Assembly (NCBI GenBank): GCA_027593235.1
Contig: JAQCIU010000002.1
Location: 82,567-146,566, forward strand
Reading direction: 5' to 3'
Source of the DNA: Chloroflexota bacterium
GTDB taxonomy: Bacteria; Chloroflexota; Dehalococcoidia; UBA2979
Length of the DNA stretch: 64,000 bases
Of the stretch, positions 25,433 through 33,422 are shown piece by piece (position 1 is the first letter of the stretch; the number at the start of each line of letters is the position of its first letter). Under the pieces are notes generated by a model. The model searched no databases. It was given only the letters and a program-made list of their open reading frames with translations, and was not told where the DNA came from. The translations under genes and the position numbers were made by a program.

Positions 25433-26245
25433 CTAGTGCTCCACGACCGTGCCGCCGTTGATGTTGATCGACTGGCCGTGGATCCAGGAAGCCGCTTCGG
25501 TGCAGAGGTAGGCGATGAAGTCGCCGACCTCCTCGTCAGTGCCGTTGCGGCCGATCGGCGTGCGTTCCGCCATCTGCTGCCACTGCTCGCCACGCCCGAG
25601 GTCGTCCATGCGGTGGGTGTCGACGGCGCCGGGGCAGACGCAGTTCACGTTGATCCCCATCGGACCCAGTTCCTTCGAGAGACCCTGGGTCATGCCGACG
25701 ATGGCGAAATTGGCGGCGTTGTAGGCGAGAGTGTTGGGACTTCCTCGCTTGCCGGCGCTGGAGGAGATCATCACGATCTTGCCGCCGTGACCCTCGGCGA
25801 CGACCTGCTCGACGAACGCCTTCGTCATCAGGTAGCTGCCCGTCACCTTGATATCGAGGACGCGCTGGAAGACCTCGGGATCGAGCTGCAAGAGCGGAGC
25901 GCGATCGGCGCCACGGGCGGCGGCGGCGTTGTTCACGAGGATGTCGACCCGCCCGAACTCCTCGACGGCGCGCAGCACCGTGTTCTGCGCGTCCTCGACG
26001 TTGCGCGCATCGGCGATCAACGGGAGCGCGCGCACGCCAAAGGAGCGGACCTCGTCGGCGGTGCTCTCGATATCGCGCCAGTTCGCGGCTTTCTCGTCGG
26101 CCGGGAAGGTGGAGGGATCGCGGCCCGTGCCGGTAATCACGACATCCGCCCCGAGGCGGGCGAAGGCGACGGCGGCGGCGCGGCCGATGCCGCGGAGGCG
26201 ACCGGCCCCGGTGACGATGGCGACTTTGCCCTCGAGTTCTGGCAT
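25433..26245 (-). CDS. SDR family oxidoreductase (atypical YxxxN in place of YxxxK)
   Basis: ATG 26245 preceded by GGAGG. GKVAIVTGAGRLRGIGRA, NNAA, ISSSAG, then AYNAANFAIVG, PGAVDT. The rest of the 713-aa ORF (to 27574) is antisense to the LLM gene. Confidence 0.85.
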   Translation of the reverse strand: MPELEGKVAIVTGAGRLRGIGRAAAVAFARLGADVVITGTGRDPSTFPADEKAANWRDIESTADEVRSFGVRALPLIADARNVEDAQNTVLRAVEEFGRVDILVNNAAAARGADRAPLLQLDPEVFQRVLDIKVTGSYLMTKAFVEQVVAEGHGGKIVMISSSAGKRGSPNTLAYNAANFAIVGMTQGLSKELGPMGINVNCVCPGAVDTHRMDDLGRGEQWQQMAERTPIGRNGTDEEVGDFIAYLCTEAASWIHGQSININGGTVVEH

Positions 26246-26398
26246 TCCTCGGAACCTCCGGATGCGGGGCGTCGGGCGCCCTCGGGTGATGCTGCGCGCA
26301 CGGTACTCGGATCGGCGCGATGGTGTCGCGGCCGGCGGGAGGATGCGGCCTTCGAGGCGGGTGATTTGGAGTAGGCTTCGCCGCAACCGGAGGCACCA

Positions 26399-27622
26399 AT
26401 GACATATCGACCCGCGCGTATGAAGTTCGGCATCTTCATGGCGCCGTTCCACCGCGCGTTTGAGAACCCGACGCTGGCACTGCAGCGAGACATCGATCTG
26501 CTTGCACACATCGATCACCTCGGGTACGATGAGGCGTGGATCGGGGAGCACCACAGCGCGGCGCGAGAGACGATCGCGGACCCGGCGCTGTTCATCGCGG
26601 CGGCGGCCGAGCGGACGAAGCGCATCCGCCTCGGAACCGGCGTGACGAGCCTGCCGTACCACCACCCACTGATGGTCGCGGACAAGATGGTGCTGCTCGA
26701 TCACCTCACGCACGGGCGGGCGATGCTCGGAGTCGGACCGGGCGTGCTCGCCTCGGACGCGCACATGCTGGGGCTCGATCCGACGAACCAGCGGCGAATG
26801 ATGAACGAGTCGTTCGACGCGATCGTGCGGCTCCTGCGCGGTGAAACCGTGACGATGGAAACGGATTGGTTCACGCTTCGCGATGCGCGGCTTCAGCTCG
26901 CGAGCTACACGAAGCCGCACCTGGAGCTGGCGGTCGCGACCACTTCGACACCGTCGGGGCCGGGCGCTGCAGGCCGGCATGGCACGAGCCTGCTCTCGGT
27001 GGCGGGCGCGAGCCACGATTCGTTCTCGCAGACGTGGAGCTGGGTCGAGGAAGCCGCCGCTGAGCACGGGCAGACGGTGAGCCGCGACAACTGGCGGGTG
27101 GTGACCACGATCCACGTCGCTGAGACGCGTGAGCAAGCGGTCGAGGACCTGCGGGTCGGTTACGCGACGCGGGCGTACCAGGGGGACCGGAAAGACCCAG
27201 AACGCGGTCTGCAGATCGGTGGACTCGCGCCCACGATCGAGGAAGAGATCGAGCAGAACGAGCACCTGATCGGGACGCCCGCGGACGTGATCCGCGGCAT
27301 CGAGGTGATCCAGGAACGGTCCGGCGGGATCGGCGGGATCCTCACGGTGATGCACGAGTGGGCGGACACCGCCGCGACGATGAAGAGCTACGAACTCCTC
27401 GCGCGCTACGTGATGCCGCACTTCCAGGGACAGATCGAGGCGCTGACCGGCGCGCGCGACTGGTTCGAGGACAACCTGGGCGAGATCTTCGCGAAGGGCG
27501 GCGCCGGCCAGGTGCAGGCGTTCAAGGACGCAGGCAAGGAGATGCCGGCCGATCTCGCCGCGGCGCTCGAGCACGCGCAGGCATCACGCGGACGCACGGG
27601 CATCGACCCCCGCGGGATCTAG
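26399..27622 (+). CDS. LLM-class (luciferase-like) flavin-dependent monooxygenase
   Basis: MKFGIFMAPFH..., LGYDEAWIGEHHS, RIRLGTGVTSLPYHHP. Length ~400 aa. RBS GGAGG upstream. Confidence 0.8.
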   Translation: MTYRPARMKFGIFMAPFHRAFENPTLALQRDIDLLAHIDHLGYDEAWIGEHHSAARETIADPALFIAAAAERTKRIRLGTGVTSLPYHHPLMVADKMVLLDHLTHGRAMLGVGPGVLASDAHMLGLDPTNQRRMMNESFDAIVRLLRGETVTMETDWFTLRDARLQLASYTKPHLELAVATTSTPSGPGAAGRHGTSLLSVAGASHDSFSQTWSWVEEAAAEHGQTVSRDNWRVVTTIHVAETREQAVEDLRVGYATRAYQGDRKDPERGLQIGGLAPTIEEEIEQNEHLIGTPADVIRGIEVIQERSGGIGGILTVMHEWADTAATMKSYELLARYVMPHFQGQIEALTGARDWFEDNLGEIFAKGGAGQVQAFKDAGKEMPADLAAALEHAQASRGRTGIDPRGI

Positions 27623-27666
27623 ACGGGCGCGAACACAAGACACGAGACGAGTGAGCGAGGGAACCA

Positions 27667-28065
27667 ATGTTCAGCGGCATCGACCACGTGGTGATTTCGG
27701 TGAAGGACATGACCGAGAGCCTGGCGAAGTACCAGGCGATCTTCGGTCGCGAGGTGAGCCGGACCGGCGAGCCACCCGGAGCGGGGTTCCTGACCGCGCA
27801 CTTTGACTTCGAGCCGACGACGGTAGAGCTGGTGCAGCCGACCGACGAAACCGGCCCGGTGGCGCGTCACCTGGAGCGGACCGGCGGCGGCGTGTACCTG
27901 ATGGCGATGGCCGTCGCGGACATCGACGCAACGCTGGTGGATCTGCGCGCCAAGGGCGTGCGGTTGATTGGCGATCCCGGCGAGGGGAATCCGGTCAAAG
28001 GGCAGGTGTTTGTCCACCCCTCGGAGACCGGTGGAGTGTTGATGCAGCTAGTACCTACGGGCTAA
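27667..28065 (+). CDS. VOC (glyoxalase/dioxygenase-fold) protein, methylmalonyl-CoA epimerase-like
   Basis: 132 aa; IDHVVISVKDM..., ELVQP, VFVHPSETGGVLMQLV resemble the epimerase subfamily. Confidence 0.7.
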   Translation: MFSGIDHVVISVKDMTESLAKYQAIFGREVSRTGEPPGAGFLTAHFDFEPTTVELVQPTDETGPVARHLERTGGGVYLMAMAVADIDATLVDLRAKGVRLIGDPGEGNPVKGQVFVHPSETGGVLMQLVPTG

Positions 28066-28084
28066 GGCGCTCGCGCCCCGAGGC

Positions 28085-28426
28085 TTAGTCCGACAGCGGG
28101 ACGAAGGCGCAGAGGCCACCCTTGCGGATGGTGGAGGTGTGGCCGTGGCCGGTGGTGTCCTCGGCCTGGAGCACGTCGCCGGCCTCCATCAGCACCGAGG
28201 TCCCGTCGCCGAGGCCGATTTCGACGCTGGCCGTCAGGTAGAGGACGTACTGGCGCCTCGGCGCCGGGTGGAAGTCAATGAAGCCGCCATCCGGGCGCTG
28301 GATGAAGCTCACGCTGACCGCGTCCTGAGGGATCGTGCGGGTGCCGTCGCGCTCCGGGAATTCCGGGTGGATGACCTCGGTGTGGGATTCGTTGTCGGGT
28401 CCGGTGTAGACGCGGACGAATTTCAT
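28085..28426 (-). CDS. Small cupin-fold protein
   Basis: 113 aa. Beta-rich pattern with FHPAPRRQYVLYLTASVEIGLGDGT...GDVLQAEDTTGHGH, typical of single-domain cupins. Confidence 0.5.
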   Translation of the reverse strand: MKFVRVYTGPDNESHTEVIHPEFPERDGTRTIPQDAVSVSFIQRPDGGFIDFHPAPRRQYVLYLTASVEIGLGDGTSVLMEAGDVLQAEDTTGHGHTSTIRKGGLCAFVPLSD

Positions 28427-28548
28427 CGAGGGCTCCTCGTGGGCGGACCGTTCGCTCGGAGTGTGGAGCCTAAGCGAATCGTGTCGCGCGCGGGAGCCTG
28501 ACTGGATACCGTGCGATCCGCGCGCAACGGGCCAATCGGGGAGCTGAC

Positions 28549-29730
28549 GTGGACACGATCTCGAAGCTGACGCATGTGGAGTGCTCGATCTGCGGGGAGT
28601 GGCACGATCCCGAGGTGGTGCAGACGATCTGCAACGCGTGCGGGCGGGCGCTGGTGGCGCGCTATGACCTCGAGGCGGCGAAGGCGACGTTTACGCGGGA
28701 AGCGCTGGGGCGGCGTGTCGCCTCGATGTGGCGCTACGAGGAGCTGATGCCGGTCCGACAGGCCGAGCACGTGATCACGCTGGGCGAGGGGATGACGGCG
28801 CTGCTTCCCACGCCGCGCCTCGGTGGAACCGTGGGTGCCTCGGACCTGTGGGTGAAGGACGAGGGGTCGAACCCGACGGGGACGTTCAAAGCGCGCGGGA
28901 TCTCTGCGGCGCTGTCGAAGGCGGTCGAGCTCGGGGTCACCGAGGTTGGCATGCCGACCGCGGGGAACGCCGGAGCGGCGACCGCGGCGTACGCGGCCCG
29001 CGCCGGGATCAAGGCGCACGTCGCGATGCCCTCGGACACGCCCGTCGCGATGATGGACGAGGTGCGGACCTACGGCGGGACGCTGAAGCTGGTCGACGGG
29101 CTGATCTCGGACGCCGGAGCGTGGATCGCGGCTCAGGCGGCGGAGCTGGGTTGGTTCGCGATGGCGACGTTGAAGGAGCCGTACCGCGTCGAGGGCAAGA
29201 AGACGATGGGCTTCGAGCTGTGGGAGCAGTTCGACGGCCAGTTGCCAGACGCGATTCTTTACCCGACCGGTGGCGGCACCGGCCTGATCGGCATGTGGAA
29301 GGCGTTCGCGGAGCTGGAGGCGATGGGGCTAATCGGCGCGGAGCGGCCTCGGATGATCGTCGTGCAGTCCGAGGGGTGTGCGCCGATCGTGCGGGCGTAC
29401 GAAGCGGGCGCAGCGCGGGCGGAGCCGTGGGAGAACGCGACGACGATCGCACCCGGCATTCGGGTGCCCTCGGCGTTTGCGGACGACCTGATCTTGCAGT
29501 CGGTCCGCGAATCCGGCGGCGACGCGATCACGGTGAGCGATGACGAGATCCGGACGGCGATCCTGGAGATCACCCGTGCCGAGGGGATCGACGTGTGTCC
29601 GGAGGGCGCGGCGACATTCGCGGGGATGCGCAAGCTGATCGCCGGCGGGCGGCTGGATGCGGACTCGCGGATCGTGCTGTTCAACACCGGAACGGGCCTG
29701 AAGCACCCCGAGCTGCGCGTTACCTCGTAG
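28549..29730 (+). CDS. Threonine synthase-like PLP-dependent enzyme with N-terminal zinc ribbon
   Basis: CSICGEWHDPEVVQTICNACG (CxxC...CxxC). PLP lysine context NPTGTFKARG. GMPTAGNAGAA, GGGTGLIG. Fold-type II PLP enzyme of threonine synthase length. Confidence 0.7.
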   Translation: MDTISKLTHVECSICGEWHDPEVVQTICNACGRALVARYDLEAAKATFTREALGRRVASMWRYEELMPVRQAEHVITLGEGMTALLPTPRLGGTVGASDLWVKDEGSNPTGTFKARGISAALSKAVELGVTEVGMPTAGNAGAATAAYAARAGIKAHVAMPSDTPVAMMDEVRTYGGTLKLVDGLISDAGAWIAAQAAELGWFAMATLKEPYRVEGKKTMGFELWEQFDGQLPDAILYPTGGGTGLIGMWKAFAELEAMGLIGAERPRMIVVQSEGCAPIVRAYEAGAARAEPWENATTIAPGIRVPSAFADDLILQSVRESGGDAITVSDDEIRTAILEITRAEGIDVCPEGAATFAGMRKLIAGGRLDADSRIVLFNTGTGLKHPELRVTS

Positions 29731-29788
29731 CCACCGGGGGTTCGGCGAGGAGCGGCTCCGGCCGCCAACGCGCCGCGTCGCAACTGGG

Positions 29789-30232
29789 CTAAACGGTCAC
29801 GACGCGGCGGTGAATCTCCGCGGTGAGCTGATGGATTGTTTCGGTCAGCGCTGCCACCTGGCGGGTGAGTTCGGTGTTCTGCTCCAGCAGTTGCAGGGTC
29901 GATGCGGCGATCGCTTCGCGGTGAGCGGCATCTGATTGTGACCGCGCGTGATCGCGATCAGCCTCGCGGGTTTCGGCCAGCAGGATCAGCGGCGCGGCGT
30001 AAGCGGCCTGAAAACTGAACGCGAGGTTCAACAGGATGAACGGGTACGGATCGAAGCTCGATCCGGCCGCGGCATTCCAGATGATCCAGCCCACGACCAG
30101 AAACGTCTGGCCGATCAGGAAATACGGCGTGCCGAAGGCGCGCGCGAACCACTCCGCGGAGACGCCGAAACGGTCAGCACCGAACGGGCTGGTGAGGCGC
30201 GGATGTGGCGGATGGAAACGAACGTGACTCAT
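29789..30232 (-). CDS. DUF1003 family membrane protein
   Basis: ATG 30232 preceded by GAGGAG. FGTPYFLIGQTFLVVGWIIWN...FDPYPFILLNLAFSFQAAYAAPLILL, followed by a C-terminal coiled-coil-like tail. Confidence 0.7.
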   Translation of the reverse strand: MSHVRFHPPHPRLTSPFGADRFGVSAEWFARAFGTPYFLIGQTFLVVGWIIWNAAAGSSFDPYPFILLNLAFSFQAAYAAPLILLAETREADRDHARSQSDAAHREAIAASTLQLLEQNTELTRQVAALTETIHQLTAEIHRRVVTV

Positions 30233-30705
30233 CGCTGACTCCTCGAATGCGGCTAGCCGGACGGTCGCTGCGTGACCGCAGGGTCGCGGCGGGTGCGGCG
30301 GCTCGATCGTGACACGCAAGGCGCTGTGGCATAGGGGCTGGCTCCGGGGGCAGCCACGCGAGGTGACGGGCGCTGGCGGCGGGCGTGCGCCATCCGTCAG
30401 AAACCTTGCGATTCGGCATGGTTGTGGCGACGGCGTCGCGGAGACGTTCCGGGGAGCCGATGGTCAGAGCGTGAGCTTTCACGTCGCGGCATGGACGGCG
30501 CGCGACGCTATGACGGGCGCAGGATGCGAAGAGGAATGTGCGCGCTTCGCAGCAGTGCGGGGCCATTGTGGTTCGCGCGATTCGCTTCCCGGGCGAACGT
30601 AGGCGAACACGCCCCGGGGCAGCCGTTCATACCCGACAGCCTTGCCCTGACAGTCCCCCTCGGGCGAGCGCCGCGCGCCCCACTGCCTCGCGAGCGGGCC
30701 GGCTG

Positions 30706-32550
30706 ATGCACGACCGACTCGCTCGGCAATTGCGCGCGCTGGGTATCGAGCCCGAATCCGCGCGGCCGCCTGCCTCCGATCTGGCGGCGCTGCTGGCGGA
30801 GGTCGACGAGGCCTACGTCGCGGCGGATGAGGAACGAGCGGGGCTGCTCCGTGAGTTGAGCCGGGCAGCCGAGCAGATGCGCCTGCTCTACGTGGAGCAG
30901 CAGCAAGCGACCGAGCAACGCTACGAAGAGCTGTTCGAGAACGCCCACGACATCATCGTGACGATCGGCCTCGATGGCGCGGTTACCTCGGCGAACCGCG
31001 CGTGCGAACGGCTGACGGGCTATACGCGCACGGAGCTGATCGGGCGGCAGTGGCGCTCGCTGGTTGCCCGGGACGATCAGGGAGTCGCGGACGAGATGTT
31101 CGCGCGCCAGTTCGGACTGGACGACGGGGAGCTGCGCTACGAGCTGCGCATGGCAACTCGCCGTGGCCGGCGTGTCCCGATCGAGGTGATCAGCCGGCCG
31201 CTGGTCAGTAACGGCAATCCCTACGAGGTGCTGGCGGTTGGCCGCGATGTCAGCGAGCGACTGGAGCATGAACGACACCTGCAGCGAATGGCGACCCACG
31301 ACATGCTCACCGGCCTCGCGAACCGGAGCTTGCTGGAAGAGGAGCTGTTTACGGCGGTTGCTTCCGCCGCGCGAGGCCAGCAAGCGGCGTTGATGCTGAT
31401 CGACGTCGACAACTTCAAGGCCGTCAACGACACGCTGGGGCATGGCGCGGGTGACCAGGTGCTGGTGGTGGTGGCCGGGCTGTTGCGACGGAGCACGCCG
31501 GGCGCGCTGGTGGCTCGGCTTTCTGCGGACGAGTTCGCGGTCTTGATGCGAAATCGGACGGTGGACGAGGCGCTCACCAGCGCGGAACGGTTCCGAAACG
31601 CACTCCAGCAAACAGACCTGAGCGTCGAGGGCAAGCTGTGGTACCTCAGCGCCAGCGTGGGTGTCGCGACGATCGATGCCACCTCGACCGTCACCGGGGT
31701 GCTGGCGGAGGCTGACGCGGCGATGCAGGCGGCAAAGCAACAGGGCCGGAACCGGGTGATCTGGTCTGGAACGTTGGAGACGGATCGGACGCCGCATGAC
31801 AGCGCGCACCGGCAAGCCTCGCTGGTACGGAACGCCCTGAGCGACGATCGTGTGGAGGTCTACTACCAGCCGATCGTCGACCTCGCGACCTCCGAGGTGA
31901 GCCACCATGAGGTGCTGGCGCGCATTCGTATGGCGAATGGGGAGCTGGCTCAGCCGGGGCTCTTCATGGCAGCGGCCGAGCAGTTTGGTCTGATTGCGCA
32001 GCTCGATGCGCGTGTCGCCCGGATCGCACTCGAGCGCCTGCGTCGAGAGCCGGATCTCCGGCTGTTCATCAACCTGTCATCGTTGAGTCTCCGCGATCAG
32101 CAACTGTTCGCGGATCTGGCAACGACGCTGGCGCAAGAGCCAGCGCTCGGCGCCCAACTCGGCATCGAGATCACCGAGACGGCGGCGGTGCAGGAGATCG
32201 GACTGGCGCAACGCTGGATCGAGATGCTGCGTGGCTACGGCTGCCGCGTCGCGCTCGATGACTTCGGGACCGGGTTCAACTCGCTGACCCTGGTGAAGGA
32301 GCTTCCGGTCACGGAGATCAAGATCGACGGATCGTTCGTGCGGTCGATCGCGACCGACCCGCACCAGCGCGCGGTCGTCGCCGCGATCAAGGTGCTGGCC
32401 GATGGGCTGGGGATGGAAACGGTCGCGGAACAGATCGAGACGGCGGAACAGCTCGCGATCGTGCGGGAGCTCGGGATTACATACGGGCAGGGCTTCCTGC
32501 TGGGTCGGCCGGTTCCGTGTGAACCGCCGGCGGACGCGGCCGCCGCCTAA
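30706..32550 (+). CDS. PAS - degenerate GGDEF - EAL signalling protein (probable c-di-GMP phosphodiesterase)
   Basis: PAS (FENAHDIIVTIGLDGAVTSANRACERLTGYTRTEL). GGDEF fold with SADEF at the signature (RLSADEFAVL). EAL domain with EVL, FINLS, EITE, DDFGTG, KIDGSF, GQGFLLGRP. Confidence 0.85.
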   Translation: MHDRLARQLRALGIEPESARPPASDLAALLAEVDEAYVAADEERAGLLRELSRAAEQMRLLYVEQQQATEQRYEELFENAHDIIVTIGLDGAVTSANRACERLTGYTRTELIGRQWRSLVARDDQGVADEMFARQFGLDDGELRYELRMATRRGRRVPIEVISRPLVSNGNPYEVLAVGRDVSERLEHERHLQRMATHDMLTGLANRSLLEEELFTAVASAARGQQAALMLIDVDNFKAVNDTLGHGAGDQVLVVVAGLLRRSTPGALVARLSADEFAVLMRNRTVDEALTSAERFRNALQQTDLSVEGKLWYLSASVGVATIDATSTVTGVLAEADAAMQAAKQQGRNRVIWSGTLETDRTPHDSAHRQASLVRNALSDDRVEVYYQPIVDLATSEVSHHEVLARIRMANGELAQPGLFMAAAEQFGLIAQLDARVARIALERLRREPDLRLFINLSSLSLRDQQLFADLATTLAQEPALGAQLGIEITETAAVQEIGLAQRWIEMLRGYGCRVALDDFGTGFNSLTLVKELPVTEIKIDGSFVRSIATDPHQRAVVAAIKVLADGLGMETVAEQIETAEQLAIVRELGITYGQGFLLGRPVPCEPPADAAAA

Positions 32551-33185
32551 CCGGCGCTCGAGCCGGTGCTGGCAGCGCTGGCGCTTGCGGCCGGCTGTGA
32601 CCACCTCGTGACCAGCAGCGCCGCCACCGCGGAGCCGATCGTGCCAAGCGCGAGATCGCCGAGGGTGTCCTCGTAAGCCGTCGCGAGTTCCGGTGAGTTG
32701 CGGATGAAGGCGACGTACTCCGCAAGCTCCCAGCCGATCGCGGTCACCGCACCAAACCCGATCACCAGGCCGGCGAGCTGCCAGCCGGCGAGGTTCGCTC
32801 GTGGCACGAGCAGGCCGGCGCAACCCGAGAGCAACGCCCAGTTGAAGAAGTGATTGGCGTCATCCCACCAGGCGAGGGTGTCGTAGAGATCGGCGGCATT
32901 GCCCGCGACATCGATCAGGAACGGCGCCGTAATCAGGATGTCGGACAGCGCCGGGAACGGTCGCCGTCCGGCAATCCGCCAGGCGACCGGGAGTACGAGG
33001 ACGGCGACGGGGTAGGCGATCAGCCGGCCGCCGAACGCCTTGCCCTCGAACTGCTGTAGCCCGCTGAACGCTCCGACCGCCAGCAGCACGACGAGCGCGA
33101 GCTTGAGCGCGATATCGAGGGTGAGGAGCGGGCCGATGCGTGTCATCGGCGGAGTGTCGGCGGTGCGTGTTGATTGCGCCATCAT
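32547..33185 (-). CDS. Hypothetical polytopic membrane protein
   Basis: 212 aa, about six hydrophobic segments, good third-position G+C, no family recognised. The 3' end overlaps the EAL gene stop by 4 nt (convergent). Confidence 0.45.
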   Translation of the reverse strand: MMAQSTRTADTPPMTRIGPLLTLDIALKLALVVLLAVGAFSGLQQFEGKAFGGRLIAYPVAVLVLPVAWRIAGRRPFPALSDILITAPFLIDVAGNAADLYDTLAWWDDANHFFNWALLSGCAGLLVPRANLAGWQLAGLVIGFGAVTAIGWELAEYVAFIRNSPELATAYEDTLGDLALGTIGSAVAALLVTRWSQPAASASAASTGSSAG

Positions 33186-33226
33186 GCCCGGTCGGAGGCT
33201 CGCCTGGGTTCAGGTCGGTTACTGGC

Positions 33227-33262
33227 GAAAACATCACACATCACACATAGCACGATGTTTTC
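33227..33262. promoter_or_regulatory. 9-bp perfect inverted repeat (gaaaacatc N18 gatgttttc) enclosing a tandem ACATCAC heptamer
   Basis: Read directly. It lies in the AT-richer divergent intergenic region between the membrane-protein gene and the GT2-PilZ gene. Confidence 0.4.
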
Positions 33263-33422
33263 AGCCGCGCAGACAGGCACCTGTGTGCATCGCAGGAATG
33301 GCGCCCGTTCAGGGTTTACGGGGCCTTTCGACACTCGGACTGCATGAGATGACCGTTTGAGGCGGGAGCACCTGAAACCGATCCTCCGATTTCCCCATGA
33401 CCGTGGACACGCCGCCAATGCG

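Noticed and set aside
26246-27574. Upstream 443 codons of the 713-aa minus ORF 25433..27574.
   Set aside because: It is antisense to the LLM monooxygenase gene. Only the 3' 813 nt (the SDR, ATG 26245 with GGAGG) has family motifs.
28427-28548. Possible riboswitch or leader upstream of the threonine synthase-like gene.
   Set aside because: I could not recognise the conserved cores of the SAM, lysine, glycine or T-box classes. It is only generic GC-rich sequence.
33357-33422. TTG-initiated 22-codon extension of the GT2-PilZ ORF.
   Set aside because: It is basic and non-hydrophobic with no family similarity. The ATG at 33423 is a more conventional start, although neither is verified.
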